This document shows, piece after piece, positions 1 to 10,039 of a DNA stretch of 64,000 nucleotides. A model generated the notes under the pieces. It ran no database searches, was not told the origin of the DNA, and worked only from the letters and a program-made list of their open reading frames with translations. The position numbers were made by a program, and so were the translations under genes. The DNA lies in NCBI RefSeq assembly GCF_056712565.1, contig NZ_CM160072.1. One strand, written 5' to 3'. Each line of letters opens with the position of its first letter. The first letter of the stretch is position 1.

Positions 1-632
1 ATCGCCTGAGTCATGTCGATAATGAATCGACCTGTATTGTCTGTGGCACTCTTCGGCTGCAACATTCGGCGCGTTATTTTTTAACGTCTTTGCCGGAAAC
101 GCTGTTTGTAGCACCAGTGAACCATAGCGTGGAATATAACTGGCTGAGGGAGGCGATCCCGTTTTTACAACAGGAATCCAGATCGGCAATGCCGGGAGTG
201 GATGCTCTGTGTAGCCAGATCTGCGCTACATTCTTTACCCTCGCGGTGCGTGAGTGGATTGCACAGGTTAATACAGAGAAAAACATTCTCAGTTTGCTTC
301 TGCATCCACGTCTTGGTGCGGTAATACAGCAAATGATGGAAATGCCTGGACACGCCTGGACCGTCGAATCGCTGGCCAGCATCGCCCACATGTCCCGGGC
401 AAGTTTTGCCCAGCTTTTCCGTGATGTTTCCGGAACCACGCCGCTGGCTGTATTAACAAAGTTGCGTCTACAAATAGCGGCCCAGATGTTTTCCCGGGAA
501 ATGCTCCCTGTTGTGGTGATCGCTGAGTCAGTAGGCTATGCCAGCGAATCATCTTTTCACAAGGCGTTTGTCCGCGAGTTTGGTTGTACTCCGGGAGAAT
601 ATCGGGAAAGGGTCAGACAGCTTGCACCCTGA
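1..632 (+). CDS. rclR: AraC/XylS-family transcriptional regulator, C-terminal part; 5' end lies upstream of the window. Position fits RclR (YkgD)
   Basis: Frame is open from window position 3 to the stop at 630-632; translation is an AraC-type HTH domain; sits directly upstream of ykgEFG as in K-12. Symbol assigned by synteny, not alignment. Confidence 0.6.
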   Translation, partial: RLSHVDNESTCIVCGTLRLQHSARYFLTSLPETLFVAPVNHSVEYNWLREAIPFLQQESRSAMPGVDALCSQICATFFTLAVREWIAQVNTEKNILSLLLHPRLGAVIQQMMEMPGHAWTVESLASIAHMSRASFAQLFRDVSGTTPLAVLTKLRLQIAAQMFSREMLPVVVIAESVGYASESSFHKAFVREFGCTPGEYRERVRQLAP

Positions 633-1157
633 ATAAAACCGCCAGAAATCAGGGCAAAGATAATCCGCATTCCGGGAGTTGTGAGCCTTTCAACTATTTC
701 TATTTCCAACGGTAGTTTTGGGCTTTATATATTTTTTTGATGGACTCTAGCTCAGTTTTTAAATAAAAATGCAAACTAAATTGCTTCAATTAAATAAAAT
801 CCCGACTATTACTTGATACGTGATTATTGTCGGTGATTTTTTTGTGCACCATCAGTGTATATCTCAATAACCCCTGAATAAGTAGCTCTGAATAGGTATA
901 AGGGGTGTAGCCTTTTTAAATGGATTTCTTATGCCAAAAATGATCGTCGATTTCCCCATAAAATGTGAGCGATGCCGAAAGAAATAAAATTAGTTATTGC
1001 ATTTGAAGTTTAGATGAAAGATTATTATTTGTCATACAAATGAGGGGTGGTATGTTGCTAGCCAATTAAAAAAGAACGCCATATTTATTGATGATTGATC
1101 CCCCGGAAGGGGGGAACCATCGGGCATAAATGGGCATGAAGTAATGGAGTATTAGTT

Positions 1158-1877
1158 GTGAATGTCAATTTCTTTGTCACCTGCATTGGTGACGCCCTGA
1201 AATCAAGAATGGCACGAGACTCCGTGCTGCTACTGGAAAAACTCGGCTGTCGCGTAAATTTCCCGGAGAAACAAGGATGCTGCGGTCAGCCTGCGATCAA
1301 TAGTGGTTATATCAAAGAAGCGATTCCAGGGATGAAAAATCTGATCGCCGCACTGGAGGATAACGACGATCCCATTATTTCACCGGCTGGCTCTTGCACC
1401 TATGCCGTAAAAAGTTACCCGACGTATCTGGCGGATGAACCTGAATGGGCATCACGTGCCGAAAAGGTTGCCGCGCGTATGCAGGATCTCACCTCTTTTA
1501 TTGTTAATACATTAGGGGTAGTCGATGTAGGTGCCAGTTTGCAAGGGAGAGCGGTGTATCACCCATCTTGTAGCCTGGCCCGTAAGCTGGGGGTGAAGGA
1601 CGAACCACTTACGCTGCTGAAAAATGTGCGTGGACTGGAGCTGTTGACCTTTGCTGAACAGGATACCTGCTGCGGATTTGGCGGCACGTTCTCGGTCAAA
1701 ATGGCCGAAATATCCGGCGAGATGGTGAAAGAAAAGGTTGCGCACCTGATGGAAGTCCGCCCTGAGTATTTAATTGGTGCTGACGTGAGTTGCCTGCTGA
1801 ACATCAGTGGACGATTACAACGGGAAGGGCAGAAAGTCAAAGTGATGCATATTGCTGAAGTGCTGATGAGCCGCTGA
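1158..1877 (+). CDS. ykgE: LutA-like cysteine-rich Fe-S oxidoreductase subunit (YkgE)
   Basis: 239-aa ORF with GTG start after a GGAG motif; cysteine-rich CCG-type motifs; first gene of the ykgEFG gene order. Confidence 0.9.
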   Translation: MNVNFFVTCIGDALKSRMARDSVLLLEKLGCRVNFPEKQGCCGQPAINSGYIKEAIPGMKNLIAALEDNDDPIISPAGSCTYAVKSYPTYLADEPEWASRAEKVAARMQDLTSFIVNTLGVVDVGASLQGRAVYHPSCSLARKLGVKDEPLTLLKNVRGLELLTFAEQDTCCGFGGTFSVKMAEISGEMVKEKVAHLMEVRPEYLIGADVSCLLNISGRLQREGQKVKVMHIAEVLMSR

Positions 1878-1887
1878 GGATATAAAG

Positions 1888-3315
1888 ATGTCGATCAAAA
1901 CCAGTAATACAGATTTTAAGACACGCATTCGTCAGCAAATTGAAGATCCGATCATGCGCAAAGCGGTGGCAAACGCGCAGCAGCGTATTGGGGCAAATCG
2001 GCAAAAAATGGTCGATGAATTGGGGCACTGGGAGGAGTGGCGCGATCGGGCCGCCCAGATACGTGATCATGTTCTGAGTAATCTCGACGCTTATCTGTAC
2101 CAGCTCTCAGAAAAAGTGACGCAAAACGGAGGTCACGTCTATTTTGCAAAAACCAAAGAAGACGCCACCCGCTACATTTTACAGGTTGCCCAACGCAAAA
2201 ATGCCCGGAAGGTGGTGAAATCTAAATCGATGGTGACCGAAGAGATTGGTGTCAATCATGTGTTGCAGGATGCCGGGATTCAGGTGATTGAAACCGATCT
2301 GGGTGAATACATTCTCCAGCTGGATCAAGATCCGCCCTCTCATGTTGTGGTCCCGGCAATTCATAAAGATCGCCATCAGATCCGTCGAGTGCTACACGAA
2401 CATCTGGGCTATGAGGGGCCGGAAACGCCTGAAGCGATGACCTTATTCATTCGGCAAAAAATCCGCGAAGATTTCCTCAGTGCTGAAATAGGTATTACCG
2501 GCTGTAATTTCGCGGTGGCAGAGACCGGTTCGGTATGCCTGGTGACCAATGAAGGTAATGCGCGAATGTGTACCACGCTGCCTAAAACGCATATTGCAGT
2601 GATGGGAATGGAGCGTATTGCTCCCACGTTTGCAGAGGTAGATGTATTGATCACCATGCTGGCGCGCAGTGCCGTTGGTGCACGTTTGACGGGATACAAC
2701 ACCTGGCTGACAGGACCGCGCGAAGCGGGGCACGTTGATGGTCCTGAAGAGTTTCATCTGGTTATTGTCGATAACGGGCGTTCTGAGGTGCTGGCCTCTG
2801 AATTTCGGGATGTGCTGCGCTGTATTCGTTGCGGGGCTTGTATGAATACTTGTCCGGCATATCGCCATATTGGCGGTCATGGATATGGCTCTATTTATCC
2901 AGGGCCAATTGGTGCGGTGATTTCCCCGTTACTTGGCGGCTATAAAGATTTTAAAGATTTACCCTACGCCTGCTCTTTATGCACCGCTTGTGACAGCGTG
3001 TGTCCGGTGCGTATTCCGCTGTCAAAACTGATTTTGCGTCATCGTCGGGTGATGGCTGAAAAAGGGATCACCGCAAAAGCAGAGCAACGGGCGATAAAAA
3101 TGTTCGCTTATGCCAATAGTCATCCAGGATTGTGGAAAGTTGGGATGATGGCTGGTGCTCATGCGGCAAGCTGGTTTATCAATGGCGGCAAAACACCACT
3201 CAAATTTGGCGCGATTAGCGACTGGATGGAAGCACGCGATCTTCCTGAAGCTGACGGAGAGAGTTTCCGTAGTTGGTTTAAGAAACATCAGGCGCAGGAG
3301 AAAAAGAATGGATAA
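1888..3315 (+). CDS. ykgF: LutB-like iron-sulfur protein (YkgF)
   Basis: 475-aa ORF; two ferredoxin-type cysteine motifs visible (CIRCGACMNTCP and CSLCTACDSVCP); 10 bp after ykgE. Confidence 0.9.
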   Translation: MSIKTSNTDFKTRIRQQIEDPIMRKAVANAQQRIGANRQKMVDELGHWEEWRDRAAQIRDHVLSNLDAYLYQLSEKVTQNGGHVYFAKTKEDATRYILQVAQRKNARKVVKSKSMVTEEIGVNHVLQDAGIQVIETDLGEYILQLDQDPPSHVVVPAIHKDRHQIRRVLHEHLGYEGPETPEAMTLFIRQKIREDFLSAEIGITGCNFAVAETGSVCLVTNEGNARMCTTLPKTHIAVMGMERIAPTFAEVDVLITMLARSAVGARLTGYNTWLTGPREAGHVDGPEEFHLVIVDNGRSEVLASEFRDVLRCIRCGACMNTCPAYRHIGGHGYGSIYPGPIGAVISPLLGGYKDFKDLPYACSLCTACDSVCPVRIPLSKLILRHRRVMAEKGITAKAEQRAIKMFAYANSHPGLWKVGMMAGAHAASWFINGGKTPLKFGAISDWMEARDLPEADGESFRSWFKKHQAQEKKNG

Positions 3316-4003
3316 TCGGAGCAAATTTTTGAATAACGTTGCTCAGGCACTGGGGCGCCCGCTGCGACTTGAACCGCAAGCAGAAGATGCGCCGCTTAAC
3401 AACTATGCTAACGAGCGGCTTACCCAACTTACCCAACAGCAGCGCTGTGACGCGTTTATCCAGTTTGCCAGCGATGTTATGTTGACGCGCTGTGAACTGA
3501 CCAGCGAGGCGAAGGCGGCAGAAGCTGCAATACGTCTGTGTAAAGAGCTGGGAGATCAGTCGGTCGTGATTAGTGGTGACACGAGGCTGGAGGAATTGGG
3601 GATTAGCGAACGTTTGCAGCAGGAATGCAATGCCGTTGTTTGGGATCCGGCGAAAGGTATTGAGAACATATCACAAGCAGAGCAGGCTAAAGTGGGCGTC
3701 GTATATGCTGAATATGGTTTAACCGAATCGGGAGGCGTGGTTCTTTTTTCCGCCGCCGGGCGCGGGCGTTCATTGAGCCTGCTCCCGGAATCTTCTCTTT
3801 TTATCCTGCGTAAAAGCACAATCCTGCCGCGTGTAGCGCAACTCGCAGAAAAATTGCATCAGAAAGCGCAGGCCGGTGAACGAATGCCGTCATGTATTAA
3901 CATCATCAGTGGTCCCAGTTCAACGGCGGACATTGAGCTTATCAAAGTCGTCGGGGTTCATGGTCCGGTGAAAGCGGTGTATCTGATTATTGAGGATTGC
4001 TGA
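3308..4003 (+). CDS. ykgG: LutC-like protein (YkgG)
   Basis: In-frame ATG at 3308 overlapping the ykgF stop gives 231 aa (MDNRSKF...), the expected size; the longer ORF from 3155 is an upstream extension inside ykgF. Confidence 0.85.
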   Translation: MDNRSKFLNNVAQALGRPLRLEPQAEDAPLNNYANERLTQLTQQQRCDAFIQFASDVMLTRCELTSEAKAAEAAIRLCKELGDQSVVISGDTRLEELGISERLQQECNAVVWDPAKGIENISQAEQAKVGVVYAEYGLTESGGVVLFSAAGRGRSLSLLPESSLFILRKSTILPRVAQLAEKLHQKAQAGERMPSCINIISGPSSTADIELIKVVGVHGPVKAVYLIIEDC

Positions 4004-4245
4004 GAGAGATATGTAGTCTGGACATAAACCTGAAGGCGGTATACGAGGTTGTGAATAGCGTTAAGGACAACCTGACTTAACCCCGTTCCGTCATGGTTAT
4101 GCAGCTCTTCTGTAAATATCCTGACATTAATAATGCCAGGATATTTACAGTTAAAAAGACAGGAATCCATTCCTGAAGACGGGCTCCCTTCCCGGTCACT
4201 GTCACTATAGTTTTATACAGGCACTCTCTGTCAGAATGCTGTTTA

Positions 4246-4914
4246 TTACTGCCCAGAGTTTTGTTGGTATTCATCTACCATTTTTTTGACAAGGCAAAAC
4301 ATCACAGAAATCACAATACTTAGAAAAAATCCCAGAGCCAGGCAAATGGCAGCAGGGTATTTATTTTTTATTTCTGGTGAGCTTATAGTGACACAGCCAT
4401 CACCGTTCGGATACAGTGACCAGTTCCTGGTCAGGTATATCATTTTTGTATAAAGCTCACTGTTAATTGCTGAAGGCGTTTGTATCTCATCGAGAACTTG
4501 CCTGCCATTATGGTATTCTGACGCATACCATTTGATGATAGACGCCTGCACGCGAGATATTTCCGCTTCAGCAGTTGGTAAATCTCTCTTATTTCCTGAC
4601 CATTCCAGCTTTATTTCTCTGTTCTTGACATCTGGGCTGGTCTGAAAAAATGTAGTAATTCGCTGAATAACATCTTCAGTCATTGTGGTCTGACAGGCAA
4701 AGTTATTATTGCTATCACAGCTAACAAGTATGCCTGGTGTTGTCTGGTTTATTTTTAGACTGTAAGTCACTTTTATATTATCTTTATTGATATACAGAAA
4801 CAACAGCACCATTACCATACAGATAGCTATAATAAAAAGGATAACACGAATCTTTTTCTTCAGATAAAATAAAATCTCAATCAGATCGATATCCTGTTTG
4901 ATTTGTTCATTCAT
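4246..4914 (-). CDS. ykgH: Predicted inner-membrane protein YkgH
   Basis: 222-aa ORF with an N-terminal hydrophobic segment; position after ykgG matches K-12. Confidence 0.85.
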   Translation of the reverse strand: MNEQIKQDIDLIEILFYLKKKIRVILFIIAICMVMVLLFLYINKDNIKVTYSLKINQTTPGILVSCDSNNNFACQTTMTEDVIQRITTFFQTSPDVKNREIKLEWSGNKRDLPTAEAEISRVQASIIKWYASEYHNGRQVLDEIQTPSAINSELYTKMIYLTRNWSLYPNGDGCVTISSPEIKNKYPAAICLALGFFLSIVISVMFCLVKKMVDEYQQNSGQ

Positions 4915-5097
4915 AATATATCCAGAAAATGAAATCTGTCGCAGATAAGATTGTATTAATAGTCTGTATCAGGAATGTTCAGGGTAAATATCAGCAAAAA
5001 GCCAGCATCATGAATACTGGATATTTATAGCCTGCAGGCAGCATACTGCTGCCTGCAGGGGGTATAACAGTCGACAGGGGAACCGACTGCTTTATTC

Positions 5098-7395
5098 TTA
5101 CCAGGTCACATTGATACCAACTACACCCTGTAGCGGGTTCTCAATGTCGTCACCTTTGGTGTAGTCAAGGCTTGCATATGCTCCCATGTTTTTGGTGATA
5201 TCAGCCTGTACACCTGCACCCACGCGGAATGCTGCACCGTCAATGCTGGCATTGACAGACTCATCACCCAGACGGACTTTGTTGCCATCAGAGAATTCGT
5301 TCAGTGCGGCCAGATTCAGATAAGGTTTAACGGTCGCGTTGCCCACAGCGAAGTCATAACCCACGCGCGTACCGGCCTCACCCAGCACAGAGTTATAGCT
5401 GTCAGAATGAACGTCCACGCCGTTGAGTTGATAATCCACACCTTCCAGAGTCAGAGCAGACAGTTTGGCATATGGCTGAATAAACAGGCCATTACCGTCT
5501 TTCCATGTGTAACCGCCTTTAACCATCGCACCAAAACCATTGGTGTTAAAGTCAGCTTTGATGGTACCGCCACCATTCATCAGGCGAACATCTGCCGTGT
5601 TGCTGTAGTGACCAAACTGTGCAGCAGTATCAATGAAGATACCGTTGTTATACTGGCGGCTCAGGTAAGCGTGGAAGCTGTAACCTTCAGTGTCACCTTT
5701 GCTCTGCATGGTAGTCATGTCACCTTTCGCAGAAGACATCGCCACACCGGCCAGCCAGCTACCATCTTCAGTCATGAAGCGGGTATCACCACCCAGCATT
5801 ACACCATTTACATCCAGGTCATAGGATGCATTTCCCGCGGTGGTATGTTTCTGTTTACCGCCAAAGTACTGAATCCATACGCCACCCTTGTCATTTTCGC
5901 TCAGACGGACAGCATCCTGACGGGCGGAGAGCGTGTCAGCCTGCAGATTAGCGACGTTAGCCGGAGCAGCTGCCATTGCCTGAATCACGGAGCTGGCGTT
6001 GGATGCTTTATGCGTGTTTTTTACGAAATAAAAGTTACCATCAGCTCCCTGTGTCAGGTCATATTGATACAGACCACCTTCCGTTGTGCCTGTGGCTTTT
6101 AGAGTGCTGTCTTTGCCGGTAGAAATAAATGCCGTTTGTTCATTGATAAGATCCAATGAACCCGCACTGTAAACACGCAAGTCACCGCTCGCTTTACCGC
6201 TGATATCCAGAGTGTTTTCAGAAGAGGCATCAACAATCAGAGTGCCGTTTTGAGAAGCAAACGTGCCAGTATTGACTGTAGCCTTCGTGATATTAACCGT
6301 ACTGTCTTTTACTGCCAGAGCATCAACAGTTGAGGAACCCGTAACATTCCAGACAGACCCGTTTTGCAGAGATACACTGGCATCTCCTGCCCCTGAAACT
6401 TTGCCTTTCCAGACTGAACTATCGGAAAGATTTATATCCAGATCACTACCCGCTTTATCGCCGCTATTGAAGGTATAAGCATTACCTTCCCAGTAAGAGC
6501 GGGCAACGTTCATATTTACATTTGTTGTGGTACTGGCTGAATTCTCGCTTTCAGAAAGGGCCAGGACATCAGAGTAGATGGTTGAATCAGCAACAGACAA
6601 ATTTAAATTTTGCGTTGCTGAACCTGCGCCTTGTGCCGAAGCAGAGGCATAAATTGTTTGTTTATTATTAGCCGCCCCAATTACTGAGCCATCCTTAATA
6701 TTCAGGTTGACTGTATGAATTCCCGTCTTATTCCCGGCAGTAACTATTGTTTCAATCCCGCCATTAATAATATTTGAGTCAGCAAGGGTGATGTTGTCGG
6801 TTGCATCACCGTCAAAACCCTGCAACAAATTACCCTTTTGAGCAAAAATTGCCGTAGAGCCGTTGCTGTAACTCTTATTACCTTGAGCATTTATGGTTGT
6901 ACCATTGAGCGTTAAATTATTTCCCGTGGTCGCTTCCAGAGATATCCCTGTCGCACTACCTTTTTCATTTTTTGCAACGAAATTACCGCCATTAACAACA
7001 ACATCGCCAGTTGAATCAATGACCATTGCAGTCCGGACATAGGTGCCTTCACCTTGAGCTGTGATGGTGGAGTCTGTAGCATTAATCACAACATTTTTGT
7101 TACCACTAACTTTTACACCTTCAACGAAATCTTGGTTTACCGTTGATGCGGCGGTAATATCGTGACCGCCAAAAGTAACATTAAGGTCTTTATCTGAATC
7201 TGACGTTTCAATTGTTACGGCTGTAATCTTGTTATCACCGTTAATAACAACATCTTGATCCAGAGTCGTCTTCTCTGTATTCAGCGTAACCGGATCAGTT
7301 GATACCGTGCTATCAGTAGCGAATGCTGGTGCAGAAAGAGCCATAACAATAGCTGTCGCTAATGCGCTGCGGTAAAATGCCTTACTGTTTTTCAT
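5098..7395 (-). CDS. upaE: Type Va autotransporter: signal peptide, N/T/G/S-rich beta-helix-like passenger, C-terminal beta-barrel ending in W. Possibly UpaE
   Basis: Long ORF; start chosen at MKNSKAF (7395), which has a GGAG motif 9 nt upstream and a classical signal peptide; passenger is rich in short N/T/G repeats; C-terminal roughly 280 aa is barrel-like and ends GINVTW. Symbol by locus architecture from memory, not alignment. Confidence 0.7.
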   Translation of the reverse strand: MKNSKAFYRSALATAIVMALSAPAFATDSTVSTDPVTLNTEKTTLDQDVVINGDNKITAVTIETSDSDKDLNVTFGGHDITAASTVNQDFVEGVKVSGNKNVVINATDSTITAQGEGTYVRTAMVIDSTGDVVVNGGNFVAKNEKGSATGISLEATTGNNLTLNGTTINAQGNKSYSNGSTAIFAQKGNLLQGFDGDATDNITLADSNIINGGIETIVTAGNKTGIHTVNLNIKDGSVIGAANNKQTIYASASAQGAGSATQNLNLSVADSTIYSDVLALSESENSASTTTNVNMNVARSYWEGNAYTFNSGDKAGSDLDINLSDSSVWKGKVSGAGDASVSLQNGSVWNVTGSSTVDALAVKDSTVNITKATVNTGTFASQNGTLIVDASSENTLDISGKASGDLRVYSAGSLDLINEQTAFISTGKDSTLKATGTTEGGLYQYDLTQGADGNFYFVKNTHKASNASSVIQAMAAAPANVANLQADTLSARQDAVRLSENDKGGVWIQYFGGKQKHTTAGNASYDLDVNGVMLGGDTRFMTEDGSWLAGVAMSSAKGDMTTMQSKGDTEGYSFHAYLSRQYNNGIFIDTAAQFGHYSNTADVRLMNGGGTIKADFNTNGFGAMVKGGYTWKDGNGLFIQPYAKLSALTLEGVDYQLNGVDVHSDSYNSVLGEAGTRVGYDFAVGNATVKPYLNLAALNEFSDGNKVRLGDESVNASIDGAAFRVGAGVQADITKNMGAYASLDYTKGDDIENPLQGVVGINVTW

Positions 7396-7436
7396 GAAGA
7401 AATTCTCCATTCTGGTAACTAATTTCAATTTCCCAC

Positions 7437-8198
7437 TTATTTATATTTATGCAGAGATAAAGCCTGCGTCCCTGCATTTACCACCACGGAATACCTGTTG
7501 GTATTTCCGTTTTCACGCAATGTCATGGCATTCGTTGTTTCCAATGCATTTCCATCACCGTGAAAATTATTGCTGCTCAGCAGCAGGGCTTCCCGCAATG
7601 ACATGCTGTCCGGTATTCCCCAACGCTTTTTTAGCGACTGCTCGGCAAGCCATATCTGTCTTATCCCCGTTTTGAGAAACTGCGCACTGTATTCCCAGCT
7701 GTGTCCGGCAAGAAGTAACGACAACACCTTCTTTTGCTTTTCCGGGAAGCGTTCTGACATGACGATTGTCTTTGTGCGGTTATTCACCTCTTTCATAAAG
7801 ACAGAGTAACTGTCCATAACTGGCAAAATTTCTGCATGCTTCAGCCCTGAAAACCCACCAGAGGCATTTGCAATACTGATGACACGCTCTACTGACATTC
7901 CTGGTTTCAGTAACCTCAGGTTTTTGAGAACGCCAGAAATACTCACATCCGGTGGCAGAAAAAAGGGCGTGACGCACAACACCACCACGAATGAGTGATC
8001 CCGATAAAATCGGAACCACATTTCAGCGCATTCGGCAGGTCGCCCTGCCGATATCACGACACTCTGTGGCCTGTGCCGCAATTTATTGCGTAACTCCTCT
8101 TCTGTTCTGATGCAGGTAACATTGCCGACAGAACCGGTTGATAGAGCTGCGAACTGCGCTGGTACAATTCCTGAGGGACAGAAAAGAACGAAACGCAT
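7437..8198 (-). CDS. Hypothetical regulator with a degenerate LuxR/GerE-type HTH region
   Basis: 253-aa ORF directly upstream of the autotransporter (8-bp gap); segment LSLLLAGHSWEYSAQFLKTGIRQIWLAEQSLKKRWGI loosely resembles a LuxR HTH. Confidence 0.5.
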   Translation of the reverse strand: MRFVLFCPSGIVPAQFAALSTGSVGNVTCIRTEEELRNKLRHRPQSVVISAGRPAECAEMWFRFYRDHSFVVVLCVTPFFLPPDVSISGVLKNLRLLKPGMSVERVISIANASGGFSGLKHAEILPVMDSYSVFMKEVNNRTKTIVMSERFPEKQKKVLSLLLAGHSWEYSAQFLKTGIRQIWLAEQSLKKRWGIPDSMSLREALLLSSNNFHGDGNALETTNAMTLRENGNTNRYSVVVNAGTQALSLHKYK

Positions 8199-8351
8199 CC
8201 TTCCCTCACAGATGTCAGTACGCCAGCACGCTGTACAGGCTGTACAGCGTGCCTCCCAATCCTGCAGCCCAGAACAGTAGAAATATTTTGGCTCCTACAC
8301 TGTAGCGAGTCCGTATGCGCCGCAGTGGGTGGTAGTAACAACGCTGCTGTG

Positions 8352-9146
8352 TCATAACAATCCTGGTCTTTTTTTAGATATATTTTTTCTTTGTCCGGAA
8401 AGTACTTTTCCGGAAATGGCGTCAGAATTTATTGATTCACCAACGGCAACTTTCTCTGGATAAAGGATTCCGGATACCATGTTCTGCACATACTGAGTGA
8501 GTCGATGAGCGGAATGTTGTCCGATATATTTTGCATGTAGCCGTATATTCCGTTTCACTCTGCTGTCACCGCATCCCGTATAGAGCAGCCTGAAATCGCT
8601 CAGTGTTCCCAGTCCAAGTTTCATTAAAGCCCGTGTGGCAATCGCATGCAGGGTCTTTGAACTGCGTTGTTCATAACGGGCAATCTCACTGAAACTCATG
8701 CCCTGCATCAGAATCTTAAGCACGCTCAACTCCCGTGCAGTCAGGAGCCAGAAATCGCTCATATCGCCGGGCAAAGGACGTAGTAACCAGCGGATAATTT
8801 GATTCTGATAACGACTCGCTGTCAGCATGGTGCCGATGCGTGGGAAGCCGTTATACAGACTTGCAGCAGGAGCATTATCGAACCAGTCGGAGTCACCGGT
8901 CAGGCAGACCTGCCATTGCCCGGCATCACTCCGCAAACGGGCGAGACAAGCCAGAAGAACCAACTCCCCCGAAGGAAGCGAAGGGATATCAGCTAACAGG
9001 TAGCCACAGGAGGTCTTTAAAACGAATTCAACCTCTGTAGTGACGTTGCTGTACACCCGCACGATATACCTGTCCGTTGGGATGAGAGACTCCAGTGCCA
9101 GCCTGGTGAACTGACAGGCACTGATAATAACCAGAGGCTTCTTCAT
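8352..9146 (-). CDS. ipuR: LuxR/GerE-family transcriptional regulator, possibly IpuR
   Basis: 264-aa ORF; clear LuxR-type HTH (LTARELSVLKILMQGMSFSEIARYEQRSSKTLHAIATRALMKLGL); first gene downstream of the candidate invertible element. Symbol by architecture only. Confidence 0.65.
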   Translation of the reverse strand: MKKPLVIISACQFTRLALESLIPTDRYIVRVYSNVTTEVEFVLKTSCGYLLADIPSLPSGELVLLACLARLRSDAGQWQVCLTGDSDWFDNAPAASLYNGFPRIGTMLTASRYQNQIIRWLLRPLPGDMSDFWLLTARELSVLKILMQGMSFSEIARYEQRSSKTLHAIATRALMKLGLGTLSDFRLLYTGCGDSRVKRNIRLHAKYIGQHSAHRLTQYVQNMVSGILYPEKVAVGESINSDAISGKVLSGQRKNISKKRPGLL

Positions 9147-9172
9147 TCAGACTCGTCCACGCCATTGCTACA

Positions 9173-9465
9173 AAACCTGACATTTTGATTCAAAATGTCA
9201 GGTTTGGTTTAATAGCCTGAATATTTAATTTTCTTGGAATATAAATCTGATTTGTTTGATTTTTATTGTTTTTAATTTTGTATTATTTAACAATATGGGC
9301 GAAAGTTAATCACTGGTATGACCTTTGTGATTAATCATTTCAAATCATGGGGTTATTTTACTTTAGCTAGAAATATCAACATGTTATGTGTTTTATTTAA
9401 TTGAATGGGCTGTTTTTTTATGGAAGAATTGAGGAAAACGTAGGAATCTGACATTTTGAATCAGA
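9173..9465. promoter_or_regulatory. Candidate invertible promoter switch: 12-bp perfect inverted repeats (tcaaaatgtcag at 9190-9201, ctgacattttga at 9448-9459) flank a 246-bp AT-rich segment; a 33-bp perfect palindrome spans 9173-9205
   Basis: Repeats read directly from the sequence; element sits between the recombinase stop (9476) and the LuxR gene start (9146), the same layout as fimE-fimS-fimA. Confidence 0.6.
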
Positions 9466-9475
9466 AGGTACTGTT

Positions 9476-10039
9476 TTAACGAGGCTTTTTTTTCCACACC
9501 CCTTTAAAACGAGCAGCATTACTGGCTGTGTATCTGACAGTATGCTGAATATTTCGATGACCCAGGTAATCCTGAAGTAGTCGGGTATCGACACCATTGT
9601 CAGCCAGAGCAAAACCACAGGCATGACGTAACATATGAGGATGTGCTTTTACAGCTAATCCTGCACGTTTTCCAGCCTCACGAATGATAGAAAAAAAATG
9701 TTGTCTGCTGATAGGGCGGCGTTTCCGGGAGAGAAAAAGCCAGTCTCCTTCAACTCCGTTTTCAATTAACTTCCTCTGCTTAAGCCACAACTTGATCAAA
9801 TTATATTCATCAGGAAGAAGAGGATGTGTTGTCGAGAAACCATTTTTAATACGCCGAATATTAAGTTGTTTTCCAGATGCATCAATATCGGATAAACGTA
9901 AATCAAGAAGTTCACTGGCCCTAAAACCGTGAATGAAAGCCATCATAATCAGACAGCGATTTCTTTCAGGAAAGGACATGCTCTGGGCTGCATCCATCAG
10001 CCTGTAGACTTCATCCTGTGTGAGATATTTTCTCGTCAT
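9476..10039 (-). CDS. ipuA: FimB/FimE-family tyrosine site-specific recombinase, possibly IpuA
   Basis: About 187-200 aa with FimB-like motifs (HGFRASE, GFSTTHPLL, HPHMLRH, CGFALA, DTRLLQDYLGHRNIQHTVRYTASNA); no fimbrial genes adjacent. ATG at 10039 preferred; alternative GTG at 10078. Confidence 0.8.
   Translation of the reverse strand: MTRKYLTQDEVYRLMDAAQSMSFPERNRCLIMMAFIHGFRASELLDLRLSDIDASGKQLNIRRIKNGFSTTHPLLPDEYNLIKLWLKQRKLIENGVEGDWLFLSRKRRPISRQHFFSIIREAGKRAGLAVKAHPHMLRHACGFALADNGVDTRLLQDYLGHRNIQHTVRYTASNAARFKGVWKKKPR

Noticed and set aside
3155-4003. 282-aa long form of the ykgG ORF
   Set aside because: The upstream extension lies entirely inside ykgF in another frame; the internal ATG at 3308 gives the expected 231-aa protein overlapping the ykgF stop.
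5031-5059. Intrinsic terminator call for the hairpin after the autotransporter
   Set aside because: No U-rich tract follows the stem on the transcribed strand, so it is reported only as a structural observation.
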